A stretch of 64,000 nucleotides of DNA from Eledone cirrhosa (taxonomy: Eukaryota). The notes under the pieces were generated by a model. It saw nothing but the letters and a program-made list of their open reading frames with translations, had not been told where the DNA came from and searched no databases. Below, one piece after another: positions 1 to 13,482 of the stretch. How positions within the stretch are numbered: the stretch's first letter is position 1; the number at the start of each line of letters is the position of its first letter. The translations under genes were made by a program, and so were the position numbers. The DNA is taken from positions 265,794,001-265,858,000 of the forward strand of contig OZ024741.1 of assembly GCA_964016885.1 (NCBI GenBank), written 5' to 3'.

Positions 1-1095
1 TGTGTACTATCAAGTCAGGCAACTTAGCATGGCACTACATAGGTTCTACGGTTGGGGAATTCAAAAACAGATGGTATGTTCACAGACATTCTATGAAGAA
101 CCGTAGACTAGAGAACTCAACAACGCTGGCAAATAAAATAGGGCAGCTTAAAGACACAAACAGGATTAGCTGGTCGAAATTATCGGGAGCAAAGGCCTAC
201 ACTTAACGGGATGTCCCACTGCGGACTTTGCAATATGGAACTGTTCCATATTTTTAAATATGATAAAATGCTGCTTAAGAGCAAAATAGAACGATCAATT
301 TTCTGTAGGCACAAAGCAGCTACTAAATTCGCAAATTTCAAACCAACATCATTCGATCCAGCATTCCCATAATTCAAGCTTAACCACCCGGAGTCTATTA
401 TAATAACTACATACCACCCCACTATTATTAGCTGTCAACTGACCAACTAATCACTGAATCAACATCATAAATCTCCTAGCCTTTCTCTCACTCTCTCCCC
501 CTAAAGCTATTTCACCCCCCACTCTCTGTATCCTATCCCATATCTCTTCCCCTTTCACTTAATTTCTAATTTATTATTTTTATCTTCTATCTGTTATTTG
601 TTATTATATTTTTTCTTCCTATCTGAAATTCCCTCTGAAATTTAACCACTACATATGTGTATATATTTAATATTTATTTTCATATTAATAGTATTTATAC
701 CCTCATCACATCTTTATACTTACTCACCAATATAACTTTAACCACCACCATCACCACCACTATTATGTTCATATTTTTTCACGTATATATATATTTTTTA
801 CTTATTTTTTATCATCTTCATTCTAACTTCTTTATTATTTTTTTTTTATTTTTCTCTTTTTTTAAATTATTGATGTTGTTCGGATTCTCCGTTATATCTA
901 TAAATTCAAAGACTATGTGTAAAGTATTTAGTATTCCGATGATTTGATCAGGCAAACACTGTATTTAAGGTCGAGTGACACAACTTTGAGTGATTAGCGG
1001 CCTTTAGACATACCTAATCAATGAAACAATTGGTAATACTGTAAACCCTTTTTGTAAAACCCTTTTTGTATAGCTGACCATGTTATTCTTCAATT
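1..1095 (+). mobile_element. 3' remnant of a Penelope-like element (frameshifted GIY-YIG C-terminus plus pLTR/3' UTR)
   Basis: Frame from nt 3 reads CTIKSGNLAWHYIGSTVGEFKNRWYVHRHSM...AYT*. After a frameshift it continues SHCGLCNMELFHIF...LLKSKIERSIFCRHK (YIG-x-T..F..R..H and CxLCxxE...CRH motifs). An HHR-like motif and (TA)n follow. Confidence 0.8.
930..1040 (+). ncRNA. Degenerate type-I hammerhead ribozyme with long stem-II loop
   Basis: agtatt-CCGATGA-t-ttgatcagg...cctaatcaa-t-GAAA-caattg-GT-aatact. Stem I is 6 bp and stem III is palindromic. U4 is C and position 16.1 appears mutated. Confidence 0.55.
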
Positions 1096-1104
1096 TTTCA
1101 TTAT

Positions 1105-1159
<55 letters not shown>

Positions 1160-1206
1160 AATATAGTTTTGCGAGGTTTTTTATATGAAATCGTGTGTCG
1201 AAACAG

Positions 1207-1989
1207 ATATTGTTATACTTGGGGAGGGTCATATTTGCGTAATATTGCCAGAATTAATAACAGAACACACTCACTGTTTGGTTGGTTTTCGCTTCTCGCT
1301 GTCTTTTATTATATCTGCGATCTAACTTACTCGGTCCTTAATGTTGCCATTGACTGACCGGCGGTCAAAAATAATACAGATACAATATAGACACAAACAC
1401 ATATATATATATATAGTTTACATAATTTACATAAATCTTTCGTTGCACATCTGCAACATCGTCAGTGGTGTTATATTCATTGTTCCTCCTGTTGTGTTGT
1501 ATGTCTACGCCATTTTTTTTTATTCAGTCTGTCTATATATTTATTTATTTATTTGCTTGTTTGTTTATCTTATTTTATTTTGTCTTCTTTGCGCATGCGT
1601 TTGCGTGTGTGTATAGTGTTATGTGTGATGTGTGACTAGTGTGTATAGTGTTGTGTCTGCTGGGTGACTAGTGTGTGTTTATGTGCTTGTTGTTATTGTG
1701 CTTGTGTATGTATTTATTTATCTTATTTTATTTTATTTTATTTACTTATTTATACTTCTCTTAGGTCAGTGTTGTTTGTTTGGGTGTTGTTGTTGTTCCA
1801 CTCATTCTTTCTGTTTAGCTTTGGTCTTCTAATTTCTATTTCACTGGCCTCTCTGATTTGCCTATCTGCTGGGTCATTCCTATGTTTAGATATTATTCTA
1901 ATTTCTATGTTGTCTATGTTACCGTCATGTTGTTGTCTAGCATCTTCGTATAGTACTGACCCGTTTTTTCGTCCTTTTAGTTCCCCCCA
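1207..1989 (-). repeat. Inverted copy of the PLE 3' end/pLTR
   Basis: Reverse complement of 3537-4320. Only 2 substitutions and one 1-bp indel were noticed by eye. Confidence 0.95.
1420..1476 (-). ncRNA. Hammerhead ribozyme motif in inverted pLTR
   Basis: Mirror copy of 4051-4107. Confidence 0.65.
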
Positions 1990-2006
1990 TACGCCCCATA
2001 ATCAAG

Positions 2007-3776
2007 ATGTCCCCAGATGTATGTGAAAGTACAGAGGACCTCCTCAGCAGAATCAGTGAGTGCAACAAAAACAGGAGCCTATCCAACTGCATAATAGGCA
2101 GCATGGATGTAGTGTCACTGTACCCATCCATTAACATTGATTTTGCTGTGAAAAGATGTGTGGAGATGATCATTGAGAGTGAGGTGGAGTTCTGCGACGT
2201 CGACACAGACGAACTGGGCCTTCTACTTAGACTTACCTACGACACTGACTACCTAGACAGCCATGACCTTAGATGTTTCTGCCCTAGTAGACCTATAAGA
2301 GGTAGACCCCCCACCATAACCTCAATGGCTAAAAAGACTCCCATAGGAAGGTGGATTGGGTGGACCAAAGCCATACGGACCCCCCAAAACACTGATCAGG
2401 TAAGAAAAGTGGTCGCACATGCAATAGGGGCTAGTATCAAAACTACCCTAAAGGGCCACATATTTAAGTTCAATGAGAAAATCTACACCCAAAATGAGGG
2501 AGCAGCCATCGGCGTCAGCATAGCTGGTGATGTTGCCAACCTTTTCATGGTATGGTGGGAAAGGAGACTTAAAGATCTCCTTAATGAAAGCTCCATAGAC
2601 CTCATCATGTACTCTCGTTATGTAGACGATATCAATATAGTTATAAGAACACCCCCACTAGAGAGCACTAACAAGTTTGATTTAGAACGTAGCACGATGG
2701 AAAACATCCAGCAGATAGCTAATTCCATACACCAGAGTATAACTGTAACTATAGACTTCCCTTCCAAACACCCTAACAATAGACTACCTGTATTAGACAC
2801 AGAACTCTGGATTAACACTATAGACGAGAGAGCCCAAATTCTCCACTCACACTATGCTAAACCCATGGCCTCCAAATACCTGATACTCAAAAACTCAGCA
2901 ATGTCCAGTAGTGCTAAGTTTAATATTCTGATCGTAGATTTGGTACGAGTGATGAAGAATGTGTCCAGCATGTGCGACCCAACAGAAATGGAAGGACACA
3001 TCCAACACTTCATCAACCGCATGCAGTTCTCTGGCTACAACCAAAGAGACAGAGTCAGAGTATACGAAGGAGCCATGGAAAAGTATAAGACCCTCATAGA
3101 ACTGGACATGAAAGGAATCTTCCCACTATACAGGAGCAAATCATGGAATAGCTTAGATAGGGCTAGACATAAGATAGGGAAGGCCACATCATGGTACGAC
3201 AACCAGAGATATCAGAGTGTCATGTTTGTGGACGCCACCTCTGGAGGGAAATTAGCTAACCAGTGTAGAAAGGCCCTGAGAAAGACCCACTTAAAAATAA
3301 AGGTGGTAGAAAAGCCAGGAACCACCATAAAATCCCTGATCAGTAAAACCTACCCTTTTAAGAAAACCCACTGTACCAATAGGAAGTGTATCATATGTAA
3401 GGTGAACCCCCGGATAAACTGTAAAACTAGAAACGTAGTCTATAGCATAAGATGTACAGAGGGTACTTGCAGAAACATGACAACAACATACATAGGTGAG
3501 ACAGCTCGTAGCATAGGTGAAAGGATAGACCAACACTGGGGGGAACTAAAAGGACGAAAAAACGGGTCAGTACTATACGAAGATGCTAGACAACAACATG
3601 ACGGTAACATAGACAACATAGAAATTAGAATAATATCTAAACATAGGAATGACCCAGCAGATAGGCAAATCAGAGAGGCCAGTGAAATAGAAATTAGAAG
3701 ACCAAAGCTAAACAGAAAGAATGAGTGGAACAACAACAACACCCAAACAAACAACACTGACCTAAGAGAAGTATAA
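2007..3776 (+). CDS. PLE reverse transcriptase + GIY-YIG endonuclease (N-terminally truncated, otherwise open)
   Basis: Motif A SMDVVSLYPSI, motif B' YTQNEGAAIG, motif C YSRYVDDI, motif E LPVLD, Cys linker CTNRKCIIC..C, and GIY-YIG NVVYSIRC...YIGET..R..QH...REA..I..P.LNRKNEW. The frame continues upstream (IRPIIK) to the inversion junction, so the ATG is probably internal. Confidence 0.93.
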   Translation: MSPDVCESTEDLLSRISECNKNRSLSNCIIGSMDVVSLYPSINIDFAVKRCVEMIIESEVEFCDVDTDELGLLLRLTYDTDYLDSHDLRCFCPSRPIRGRPPTITSMAKKTPIGRWIGWTKAIRTPQNTDQVRKVVAHAIGASIKTTLKGHIFKFNEKIYTQNEGAAIGVSIAGDVANLFMVWWERRLKDLLNESSIDLIMYSRYVDDINIVIRTPPLESTNKFDLERSTMENIQQIANSIHQSITVTIDFPSKHPNNRLPVLDTELWINTIDERAQILHSHYAKPMASKYLILKNSAMSSSAKFNILIVDLVRVMKNVSSMCDPTEMEGHIQHFINRMQFSGYNQRDRVRVYEGAMEKYKTLIELDMKGIFPLYRSKSWNSLDRARHKIGKATSWYDNQRYQSVMFVDATSGGKLANQCRKALRKTHLKIKVVEKPGTTIKSLISKTYPFKKTHCTNRKCIICKVNPRINCKTRNVVYSIRCTEGTCRNMTTTYIGETARSIGERIDQHWGELKGRKNGSVLYEDARQQHDGNIDNIEIRIISKHRNDPADRQIREASEIEIRRPKLNRKNEWNNNNTQTNNTDLREV

Positions 3777-4050
3777 ATAAGTAAATAAAATAAAATAAAA
3801 TAAGATAAATAAATACATACACAAGCACAATAACAACAAGCACATAAACACACACTAGTCACCCAGCAGACACAACACTATACACACTAGTCACACATCA
3901 CACATAACACTATACACACACGCAAACGCATGCGCAAAGAAGACAAAATAAAATAAGATAAACAAACAAGCAAATAAATAAATAAATATATAGACAGACT
4001 GAATTAAAAAAAAATGGCGTAGACATACAACACAACAGGAGGAACAATGA

Positions 4051-4107
4051 ATATAACACCACTGACGATGTTGCAGATGTGCAACGAAAGATTTATGTAA
4101 ATTATGT
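4051..4107 (+). ncRNA. Type-I hammerhead ribozyme motif in PLE pLTR
   Basis: ca-CTGACGA-t-gttgca[gatg]tgcaac-GAAA-gatt-TA-tg, with a distal stem I atataa/ttatgt across an internal loop. Confidence 0.65.
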
Positions 4108-4316
4108 AAACTATATATATATATATGTGTTTGTGTCTATATTGTATCTGTATTATTTTTGACCGCCGGTCAGTCAATGGCAACATTGAGGACCGAGTAA
4201 GTTAGATCGCAGATATAATAAAAGACAGCGAGAAGCGAAAACCAACCAAACAGTGAGTGTGTTCTGTTATTAATTCTGGCAATATTACACAAATATGACC
4301 CTCCCCAAGTATAACA

Positions 4317-4349
<33 letters not shown>

Positions 4350-4616
4350 ATTTTTTTCTATATTACTAGGTTGTTTCATGTATTGAATATTATCTATAAA
4401 TATATTTATCGATCGATCTATCAACTAAATCTGTCATTCGATCTATATACATTTCTCTATATATGTCAAACTTCACTTCATATTAACTTTCACCTTTTGT
4501 CGTTGTAGGTAAGTGAATAATTATTGGTTTGGTTGTTACTCACGTTGATCAGGTAAGTTGTCTTCCCCCTGTTAACACCTTTTTCATCTGACCGTATTAC
4601 AAATAATTGTTGATCA

Positions 4617-4662
4617 GGCATTCTGAAAAAGGCATCTACGCCGAAACTTTGAAGTCACTGCC
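4617..4662 (+). ncRNA. Degenerate hammerhead (G8A)
   Basis: ggcatt-CTGAAAA-a-ggc[atctac]gcc-GAAA-ctttgaag-TC-actgcc. Confidence 0.55.
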
Positions 4663-4876
4663 ATTAGCCTTTCTCTTTGGAAAATAAACCAATAATCTGT
4701 GACATACGGCGTTTTGGGGGCACTGTAAACCTGGCGGCGCATTTCCCTCTCCTTATCTGAACATAGATATATAAATACACGTAGCAACAAGGGCGGTGCC
4801 CCAGCATGGCCTCGGCCAGATGGTAGGAACAGGTAAAAGAGTAAAGGAGTAAAAGAGTAAATAATATATGTATATA

Positions 4877-4962
<86 letters not shown>

Positions 4963-5039
4963 GTAACATATATGTATGAATTTATAGGGTAGTTGTTGAA
5001 AGTGAGTAGACGGGTGGAAGCAATAACGGCCTTATTTAC

Positions 5040-5095
<56 letters not shown>

Positions 5096-5449
5096 GTTCC
5101 CCACCAGCCCCACTCTCAAGAGCGTGAACCTAATAAACCTTTATTTGTCTGCCTCTCTGTTTTCGTTCCCGTCCAATTTTGCACTATATATATATATATA
5201 TATATCATTTATTATATTATATGAGATTATAGATATATACGTGTGTGTGTGTGTGTGTGTTTGTGGGTGGGAGTGTGTGTGTGTGTGTGGGGGGGGGGGG
5301 GTGTATGTGTGTGCAGGTGTGTGTGTGCGTCTTTATAAATGTGTCGTAGCGTGAGTTATTGAAGTAATAATTCTCATTTATGTCTGAGTATTTCTATCTA
5401 AATATAACATTAAAACAATCTGTAGTCGTGATAAAGCAACATTTAGTGG

Positions 5450-5633
5450 GATAATTGTTGGCACAAGGCCAGCAATTATGACAGTGTATTACTGGTACTT
5501 CATTTTATCGACCCCGTAAGGATGAAAGGTAAAGTTAACCTCGGCGGGATTTGAACTCAGACTATAAAACGCCGTAACTCTTTGCTGCAAAGCATGGCAT
5601 ACGACCCTCTACTGATACTGCCAATCCAGCGCC
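5450..5633 (-). mobile_element. tRNA-derived SINE family A (central gcctttcatccttacggggtcgataaa domain)
   Basis: A-box-like tggcagtatc, B-box-like gagttcaaatcc, and a shared central domain. More than 12 copies occur in the window. The central domain resembles the Meta/MESC domain as I recall it (unverified). Confidence 0.85.
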
Positions 5634-5924
5634 GGGAGTGTGTAATAATGTAGAACGATTGAAGTCTCGTAAAATATAAATATAAAGAATATAACACAAC
5701 ACAACTAAGCAGAAAATAGTTCTCCCGCAGGGGTGAGGGAAATACTTCCGGTAGACAGAAAAATACAAATAAATTTACAATCACGTGATTAACCGTCAGA
5801 TTTGTATTGTTTGCCTTTGTTTTCATTTTTTTTTTTCTTTTTCTTTTCCCTGTTTTTTTAAAAATTATTTGATGTCTGTTTAGAAATAGTTCGGCTGCCA
5901 ACCGTCAGATTGTTTTCGGAACAT

Positions 5925-7195
<1,271 letters not shown>

Positions 7196-7300
7196 AATAT
7201 ATATATATATATATCAAAGGTATATATTAAGTTAGAAACTCAAAATAGTCTCTTACAATTAAATAGCTCAAGGAAAGAGATTTTTCCGAGCCGTGTAATA

Positions 7301-7542
7301 TAACTGAATATAAAAGAGAGATAAACACAGATATATGCATATATGTGGTCAAATCGTAAGGGACCAGATTCGCTAGGGTGAAAAAAATACTAACTATGAA
7401 CAATATGGTTTGCCAGACTCAATTTAAAAGGACAAATCAAGAAAATAAATACAAACCGACACTGGAGCAACCGCCAGACACCCTTACGATTTGAACACAT
7501 GTATGAATATATCTGTGTTTATCTCTTTTTTATATTCAATTA
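7301..7542. repeat. Inverted repeat (~62-bp arms) between (TA) tracts
   Basis: 7301-7362 is the approximate reverse complement of 7481-7542. Confidence 0.75.
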
Positions 7543-7666
7543 TATATATATATATATATATATATTAAAGAGTTAAACAAGATTCAATGAGTACATCAAA
7601 GAATGAGTTTTACAGTAGATTGGAAGCACTCTATGGAAAATAATTTTCCAGAGTTATTAATATTAA

Positions 7667-7945
7667 AATACAAATATTAATAAAATAGATGTTCTTTTTA
7701 TTAATTACATTTTATTATACATATTTCGGATGTACAACAGTACGTCCTCATCAGACAAAATATAATGATATATGACATACCCTGAGATGTTAAATGGTTA
7801 AGATTTAATCAAGGTAGTGATTAATAAAGTTTAACATTTATACCCTAATAATGAGGAAATGCGAAAACGTAATAAATTCAATAGAGAAATATGTATAGTA
7901 AAATGTAATTGATAAAAAGAACATCTATTTTATTAATATTTGTAT
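7667..7945 (-). mobile_element. PLE remnant: HHR motif (7712-7760) plus inverted tail copy
   Basis: Minus strand CTGATGA-ggacgtac[tgtt]gtacatcc-GAAA-tatg-TA. 7667-7727 is inverted at 7886-7945. Confidence 0.65.
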
Positions 7946-7987
7946 ATATATATTTATATATATATATATATATATTGTTGTTCACAC

Positions 7988-8021
<34 letters not shown>

Positions 8022-8410
8022 GTGAACAACAATTATAATTGAGTGGCTGCTATTTACAGTATAGCAATATAAGACAGCCACATTCCTCTTCAGTCAAGCT
8101 CTCAACGACTTTTTCATGTTTCACTTGGAAAGGAAGGTGAGGATGAGGAGGGAGGTTGTTTTCGCCAGTACCTTTACCGAAAAGTGGGTAAACGTAGCGA
8201 AAATGGCAAAAGTGAACGAGATTATTCCCAGCTTTTCCCTTTAGGTCGGACAACGACACTTGGGAGAGAGCACTCGTCCTTGGTTGTCAAGGTGATTGTG
8301 GAACTGTGGCGTTCCTCAGTTAGCCTTAGGTATTCAGCTCTCAGTACCAGAAGGATTGAATGCCTTATATAATTGTATACTGTGTATACCTAACTTGTAT
8401 ATTTACACAT

Positions 8411-8737
8411 GGTGAAGGCACATGGCTTAGTGGTTAGAGCGTCGGGCTTACAATTGTAAAGTTGTGAGTTCGATTTCTGAACTGTGTGTTGTGTTCTTGA
8501 GCAAGACACTTTATTTTACGTTGCTCCAGTTCACTCAGCTGTAGAAATGAGTTGTGATGTCACTGGTGCCAAGGTGTATCAGCTTTTGCCTTTCCCATTG
8601 GACAACATCGGTTGCGTGGAGAGGGGAGACTGGTATGTATGGACGACTGCTGGTCTTCCACAAACAACCTTGCCCGGACTTGTGCTTTGGAGGGCAACTT
8701 TCTAGGTGCAAATCCCATGGTCACTCGTAACTGAAAG
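8411..8737 (+). mobile_element. tRNA-derived SINE family B (CORE-like middle)
   Basis: A-box tggcttagtgg, B-box gagttcgatt, then ttgagcaagacact. A related copy lies at 39504-39790. Confidence 0.8.
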
Positions 8738-8837
8738 CATCCCCTTCCCACACATGTTGGCCTTTTTCTCATTTCTATGTAAACCCCCACCTTAATGTTA
8801 TCCAATGCTCTTAAGACAAATGAAAGAAATCACTATT

Positions 8838-9255
8838 GTGGATTGACAGAATGGGTAGTGAGTGGGACACCATGCTTTGTGGCATCTAGTAACGTCCCTT
8901 TACGGTCTGAGTTCAAATCCCGCCGATGTTAGCTTTGCCTTTCGTCCATACGAAGTCGATAAAATAAAGTACCAGTCACGCATGGGGTCGATTTAATCGA
9001 CTTCCCCCCCAGCCAAAGTTGCTGGCCTTGTGCCTAAATCAGAAACCATTATTATTATTATTGTTATTGTTGTTAGGGCGGTGGATTGGCAGTATCGGTA
9101 GAGGGTCGGACGCCATGCTTTGAAGCATAGAGTTACCTCCCTTTATGATCTGAGTTCAAATCCCGCCGAGGTTAACTTTTTACGGGGTCGATAAAGTACC
9201 AGTAATGCACTGGGTAATTGCTGGCCTTGTGCCAAAAGTAGAAACAATTATTATT
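8838..9255 (+). mobile_element. Two tandem SINE family A copies with (ATT)n tails
   Basis: Copies at 8838-9060 and 9076-9255. Confidence 0.85.
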
Positions 9256-10023
9256 GTTGTTGTTGTTGTTGTTAAAAATAAGAAGAATGTTAAATATTAA
9301 ATATTAAATACCAATTGCAACAAAAGTACACAATCAACAACAACAACAAAAATAAAAACGACACCACCACCACCACCACCACCACCACAACAACAACCAC
9401 CCCCACACTCCACCACTACCACCTCTACCACCACCATCATCACTACCAATACAGACAACAACAAGAACAACAAACAGCAAGTCCGACAGAATACGTCATA
9501 CCTATAATAAGAATTCTAAAAAATAATAAAAATAAATAAACTAAAATAAAATAAATAAACTAAAATAAATAAACTAAAATAAATAAACTAAAGTAAAAAA
9601 TAAAATAAATAGACTAAAATTGAAAAAAAATTTAAAACCATCATCTAAGAAAACAAAGAGACGTTGAAAAAAAAAAGAAGAAAGAAAGCCACAGCAAAAT
9701 GGCGCTGAATGTAGTAAACAAATATGGCGGCAGGTGGAAAGAGTCGTTGTCGTCTGCTCTGTACTGTAAGAAACAAAAGAAAAGATGCTCATATCGCAAT
9801 TGAAATCATTCGAAATAAATAAATGAAATGAAATGAACATAAAAAAAATATTTTTTTTAGTTTTTCCTTCAAAAATTTTTCTTTTTCACTGAATGAAGAA
9901 AAATGAAGAAAAAAATGACAGAAAGAAAAAAATATATATGATTGGAAAAAAAATGATGATGATGATATTAATAATAAGGATGATGATGATAACAACAACA
10001 ACACCAATAATAATAATGACAGC

Positions 10024-10087
<64 letters not shown>

Positions 10088-10666
10088 GTGATGATGATGG
10101 TGATGATGATGAGAATTATAATAATAATGATAATACATAGAAGCATACATTCATATATACATACATGCACACATACATACATACATACATACATACATAC
10201 ATTCATATATACATACATGCATACATATATACATACATTCATACATAAATATATACATACATACATACATTCATACATACATTGATGCATACATGCATAC
10301 ATACATTGATATATACATACATGCATACATTGATATATACATACATACATGAACACATTCATATATACATGCATACATACATACATACATACATATATAT
10401 GTACATACATACATACATACATACATACACACACACATACATTGATACATACATACATAACAAATTCAATATAAAAAAAACTAACGTAATATAATGAAGG
10501 CTGAAAACAATTGAAATGAAGTATAATTGTGTTGTTTCGTTGTTGGCTTCTACTGAAATAATTTCAAAGAATGTTTTATGTATTGAGAAAAATGATATAA
10601 AGATTCGATAGGTAGGCTAGAATCTCCAGATTATTTCACTTACTTTTTCATAATACGTTCTCTATA

Positions 10667-11660
10667 TAACTAATATCTCGGGGCTAAATACTCAACATAT
10701 AGCTCTTCTTAAATAACTGGACCTCTCGTTGTCATAATACGTTCTTTATATAACTAATATCTCGGGGCTAAACACTCTTAAATAACTGGACCTCTCGTTG
10801 TCATAATACGTTCGTTTATATAACTAATATCTCGGGGCTAAATACTCAACATATAGCTCTTAAATAACTGGACCTATCAATTGTCATAATACGTTGGTTA
10901 TATAACTAATATCTCGGGGCTAAACACTCTTAAATAACTGGACCTCTTGTTGTCATAATACGTTCGTTTATATAACTAATATCTCGGGGCTAAATACTCA
11001 AGATATAGATCTTAAATAACTGGACCTATCAATTGTCATAATACGTTGGTTATATAACTAATATATCGGGGCTAAATACTCAAGATATAGATCTTAAATA
11101 ACTGGACCTATCAATTGTCATAATACGTTGGTTATATAACTAATATCTCGGGGCTAAACACTCTTAAATAACTGGACCTCTCGTTGTCATAATACGTTCT
11201 TTATATAACTAATATATCGGGGCTAAATACTCAAGATATAGCTCTTAAATAACTGGACCTCTCATTGTCATAAAACGTTCTATATATAATATATCGGGGC
11301 TAAATACTCAAGATATAGCTCTTAAATAACTGGACCTCTCATTGTCATAAAACGTTCTATATATAATATATCGGGGCTAAATACTCAAGATATAGATCTT
11401 AAATAACTGGACCTCTCATTGTCATAAAACGTTCTATATATAACTAATAGCTCGGGGCTAAATACTGAAGATATAGCTCTTCTTAAATAACTGGACCTCT
11501 CGTTGTCATAATACGTTCTATATATAACTAATATCTCGGGGCTAAATACTGAAGATATAGCTCTTCTTAAATAACTGTACCTCTCATTTCATAATACGTT
11601 GGTTATATAACTAATATCTAAACACTCAACATATAGATCTTAAATACTGGACCTCTCGTT
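10667..11660. repeat. Minisatellite, ~13 units of 71-83 bp
   Basis: Recurrent tcataatacgtt...taactaatatctcggggctaaa...cttaaataactggacct, with long and short variants. Confidence 0.95.
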
Positions 11661-11707
11661 TTCGTCAGACTTCTTAGCACTTATTTAGAAGTTCCCTGGC
11701 TTTAGAC

Positions 11708-11873
11708 TAGGGTTTCCGAAACGTTTTCAAACACAGAACCCTTTTAGATTCAGAAATTTTTTGGGGAACCTAAAAGTTTAATACTGTTATATGGTCGTAA
11801 TATAAATATACTCCTCTACGTTTTTCATGGAATCCCAGACACTCCTTTACGGAACCCACTTTGGCAACCACTG
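11708..11873. mobile_element. hAT (Charlie-type) MITE
   Basis: Perfect 8-bp TSD CTTTAGAC (11700-11707 and 11874-11881). Ends tagggtttccgaaa / tttggcaaccactg. Confidence 0.8.
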
Positions 11874-12184
11874 CTTTAGACGCATCAGGCAATCAGGGTC
11901 ATCAAGTCTTTTTTTTTTATCCCTAATCAGGAACAGGAATATCCTCCCATTCCTTGTAAACCTGTCGTATATCTTCTACAATATTCTAATACCAAATTAT
12001 TTCAGGTCGGATTACGCTGTCATTTAAGATTGTGTTGCATGGATTTCCCTATTAATATTTCGCTCGTAAAAAAACTTTCGTGAGAATAAATCTGGAAAGT
12101 AATAGAATAGAATGGATCACCATCGGGTTTGATGATGAGTATTCCAGCTGTCCTATCAAGGGAACAACCTGTAAATAAAATTAA

Positions 12185-12530
12185 CGTGTAAGTAGCTGAG
12201 CATTCCACAGACACGTGTACACTTAACGTAATTCTCAGGGAGATTCAGCGTGACATAGTGTGTGTGACATAGCTGGTACTTTGAAAATAGATGTAGTCAA
12301 TCTTGTATTATGGTATAAGTGCCTGAGCATTCCAGACACGCTTACCCTTAACGTAATTCTCAGGGAGATTCAGCGTGACATAGTGTGTGACATAGCTGGT
12401 ACTTTGAATTACATACACAGCCCACTTCGTATTATATTGTCAGTGGCTGAGTATTCCACAGACACGTGTACCTTTAACTTAATTCTCAGGGAGATTAAGC
12501 GTGTGACAGGTTGGACCTTTGAATTATAGG
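12185..12530. repeat. Three tandem ~125-bp copies of an interspersed repeat fragment
   Basis: ctgagcattccacagacacg...aattctcagggagattcagcgtgaca occurs three times. Confidence 0.8.
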
Positions 12531-12705
12531 TACAGTCCATTTGACGGGCTTCCAAACAGTTTCTGTCCACTTAATTTGAATCACAAGGCATGTGTCAACC
12601 CGAGGCTATAGTAAATAACATTTGCTCAAGATACTACGTGGTGGGATCGAACCTGGAACCTAAAAATGATTGCAAAGCAACTTCTTAACCATTCGGCCAT
12701 GTTAT
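12530..12705 (-). mobile_element. Diverged tRNA-derived SINE (CORE-like)
   Basis: Minus strand atggccgaatggttaagaag...ggttcgatcccacc...cttgagcaaa. A similar copy lies at 44222-44317. Confidence 0.65.
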
Positions 12706-12947
12706 GGCCACCAACATTGCTAAACTGTTTTTTTTCTTTCAAATATGATGTTAGAAGTGTATGACATATTTTTTTCCAATGGAGAGAGAGGGGAGTGAGT
12801 GAGAGAGATATAAGGGGAGAGAGAGTGAGAGATAAATAGAGAGAAATAGGAAGGGAGAGAGAGAGAGTGAGTGAGAGAGATAGCGGGAGAGGGAGAGTGA
12901 GATAGAGAGATGAAGGGAGAGAGATAGGAAGGGAGAAAGAGATAAAA

Positions 12948-13152
12948 GCGTTGTGGATTGGCAGTATCGTTAGAGCATGGGACACCATGCTTCGTGGCAT
13001 ATAGTTCTGAGTACAAATCCCGATGAGGTTAGCTTTGCCTTTCATCCCTACGGAGTCGATAAAATAAAGTACCGGTAATACACTGGGTTAGATTTATTCG
13101 ACTTTGCCCTCCTACAAAATTGCTGGCCTTGTGCCTATATCAGAAACCATTG
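12948..13152 (+). mobile_element. SINE family A
   Basis: Head, central domain and tail match the other copies. Confidence 0.85.
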
Positions 13153-13232
13153 TTTCATTAGTGTCGTCAAAATCCAATGAGGTTCCTCCATGTATCGCGG
13201 TCTTGCATCGTGTTCATCAAGACAATGTCGTG

Positions 13233-13264
<32 letters not shown>

Positions 13265-13318
13265 AACACACACAAACACAAACACACACACAAACACACA
13301 AACACAAACACACAAACA

Positions 13319-13481
<163 letters not shown>

Positions 13482-13482
13482 G

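Larger units (their letters stand above)
1990..4320 (+). mobile_element. 5'-truncated Penelope-like retroelement beside (TA)n
   Basis: RT+GIY-YIG ORF, 3' pLTR with HHR motif, inverted pLTR at the 5' junction, and (TA)-rich flanks. Confidence 0.95.

Noticed and set aside
1207-1345. A/G differences between pLTR arms as a trace of ADAR editing
   Set aside because: Only two sites, in opposite directions, indistinguishable from ordinary transitions.
2007-2009. ATG as the true start of the PLE protein
   Set aside because: The frame is open upstream to the inversion junction and RT motifs 1-2 are missing, so the copy is truncated.
1664-2026. 120-aa hydrophobic ORF (and its mirror at 3440-3862)
   Set aside because: Antisense reading of the A-rich PLE 3' end.
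2007-4320. Selenoprotein-type (Naiad-like) recoding or SECIS element
   Set aside because: No in-frame TGA in the retained ORF and no convincing SECIS seen.
8411-8490. tRNA gene
   Set aside because: A/B boxes are present but no full cloverleaf, and the sequence continues into a repeated SINE body.
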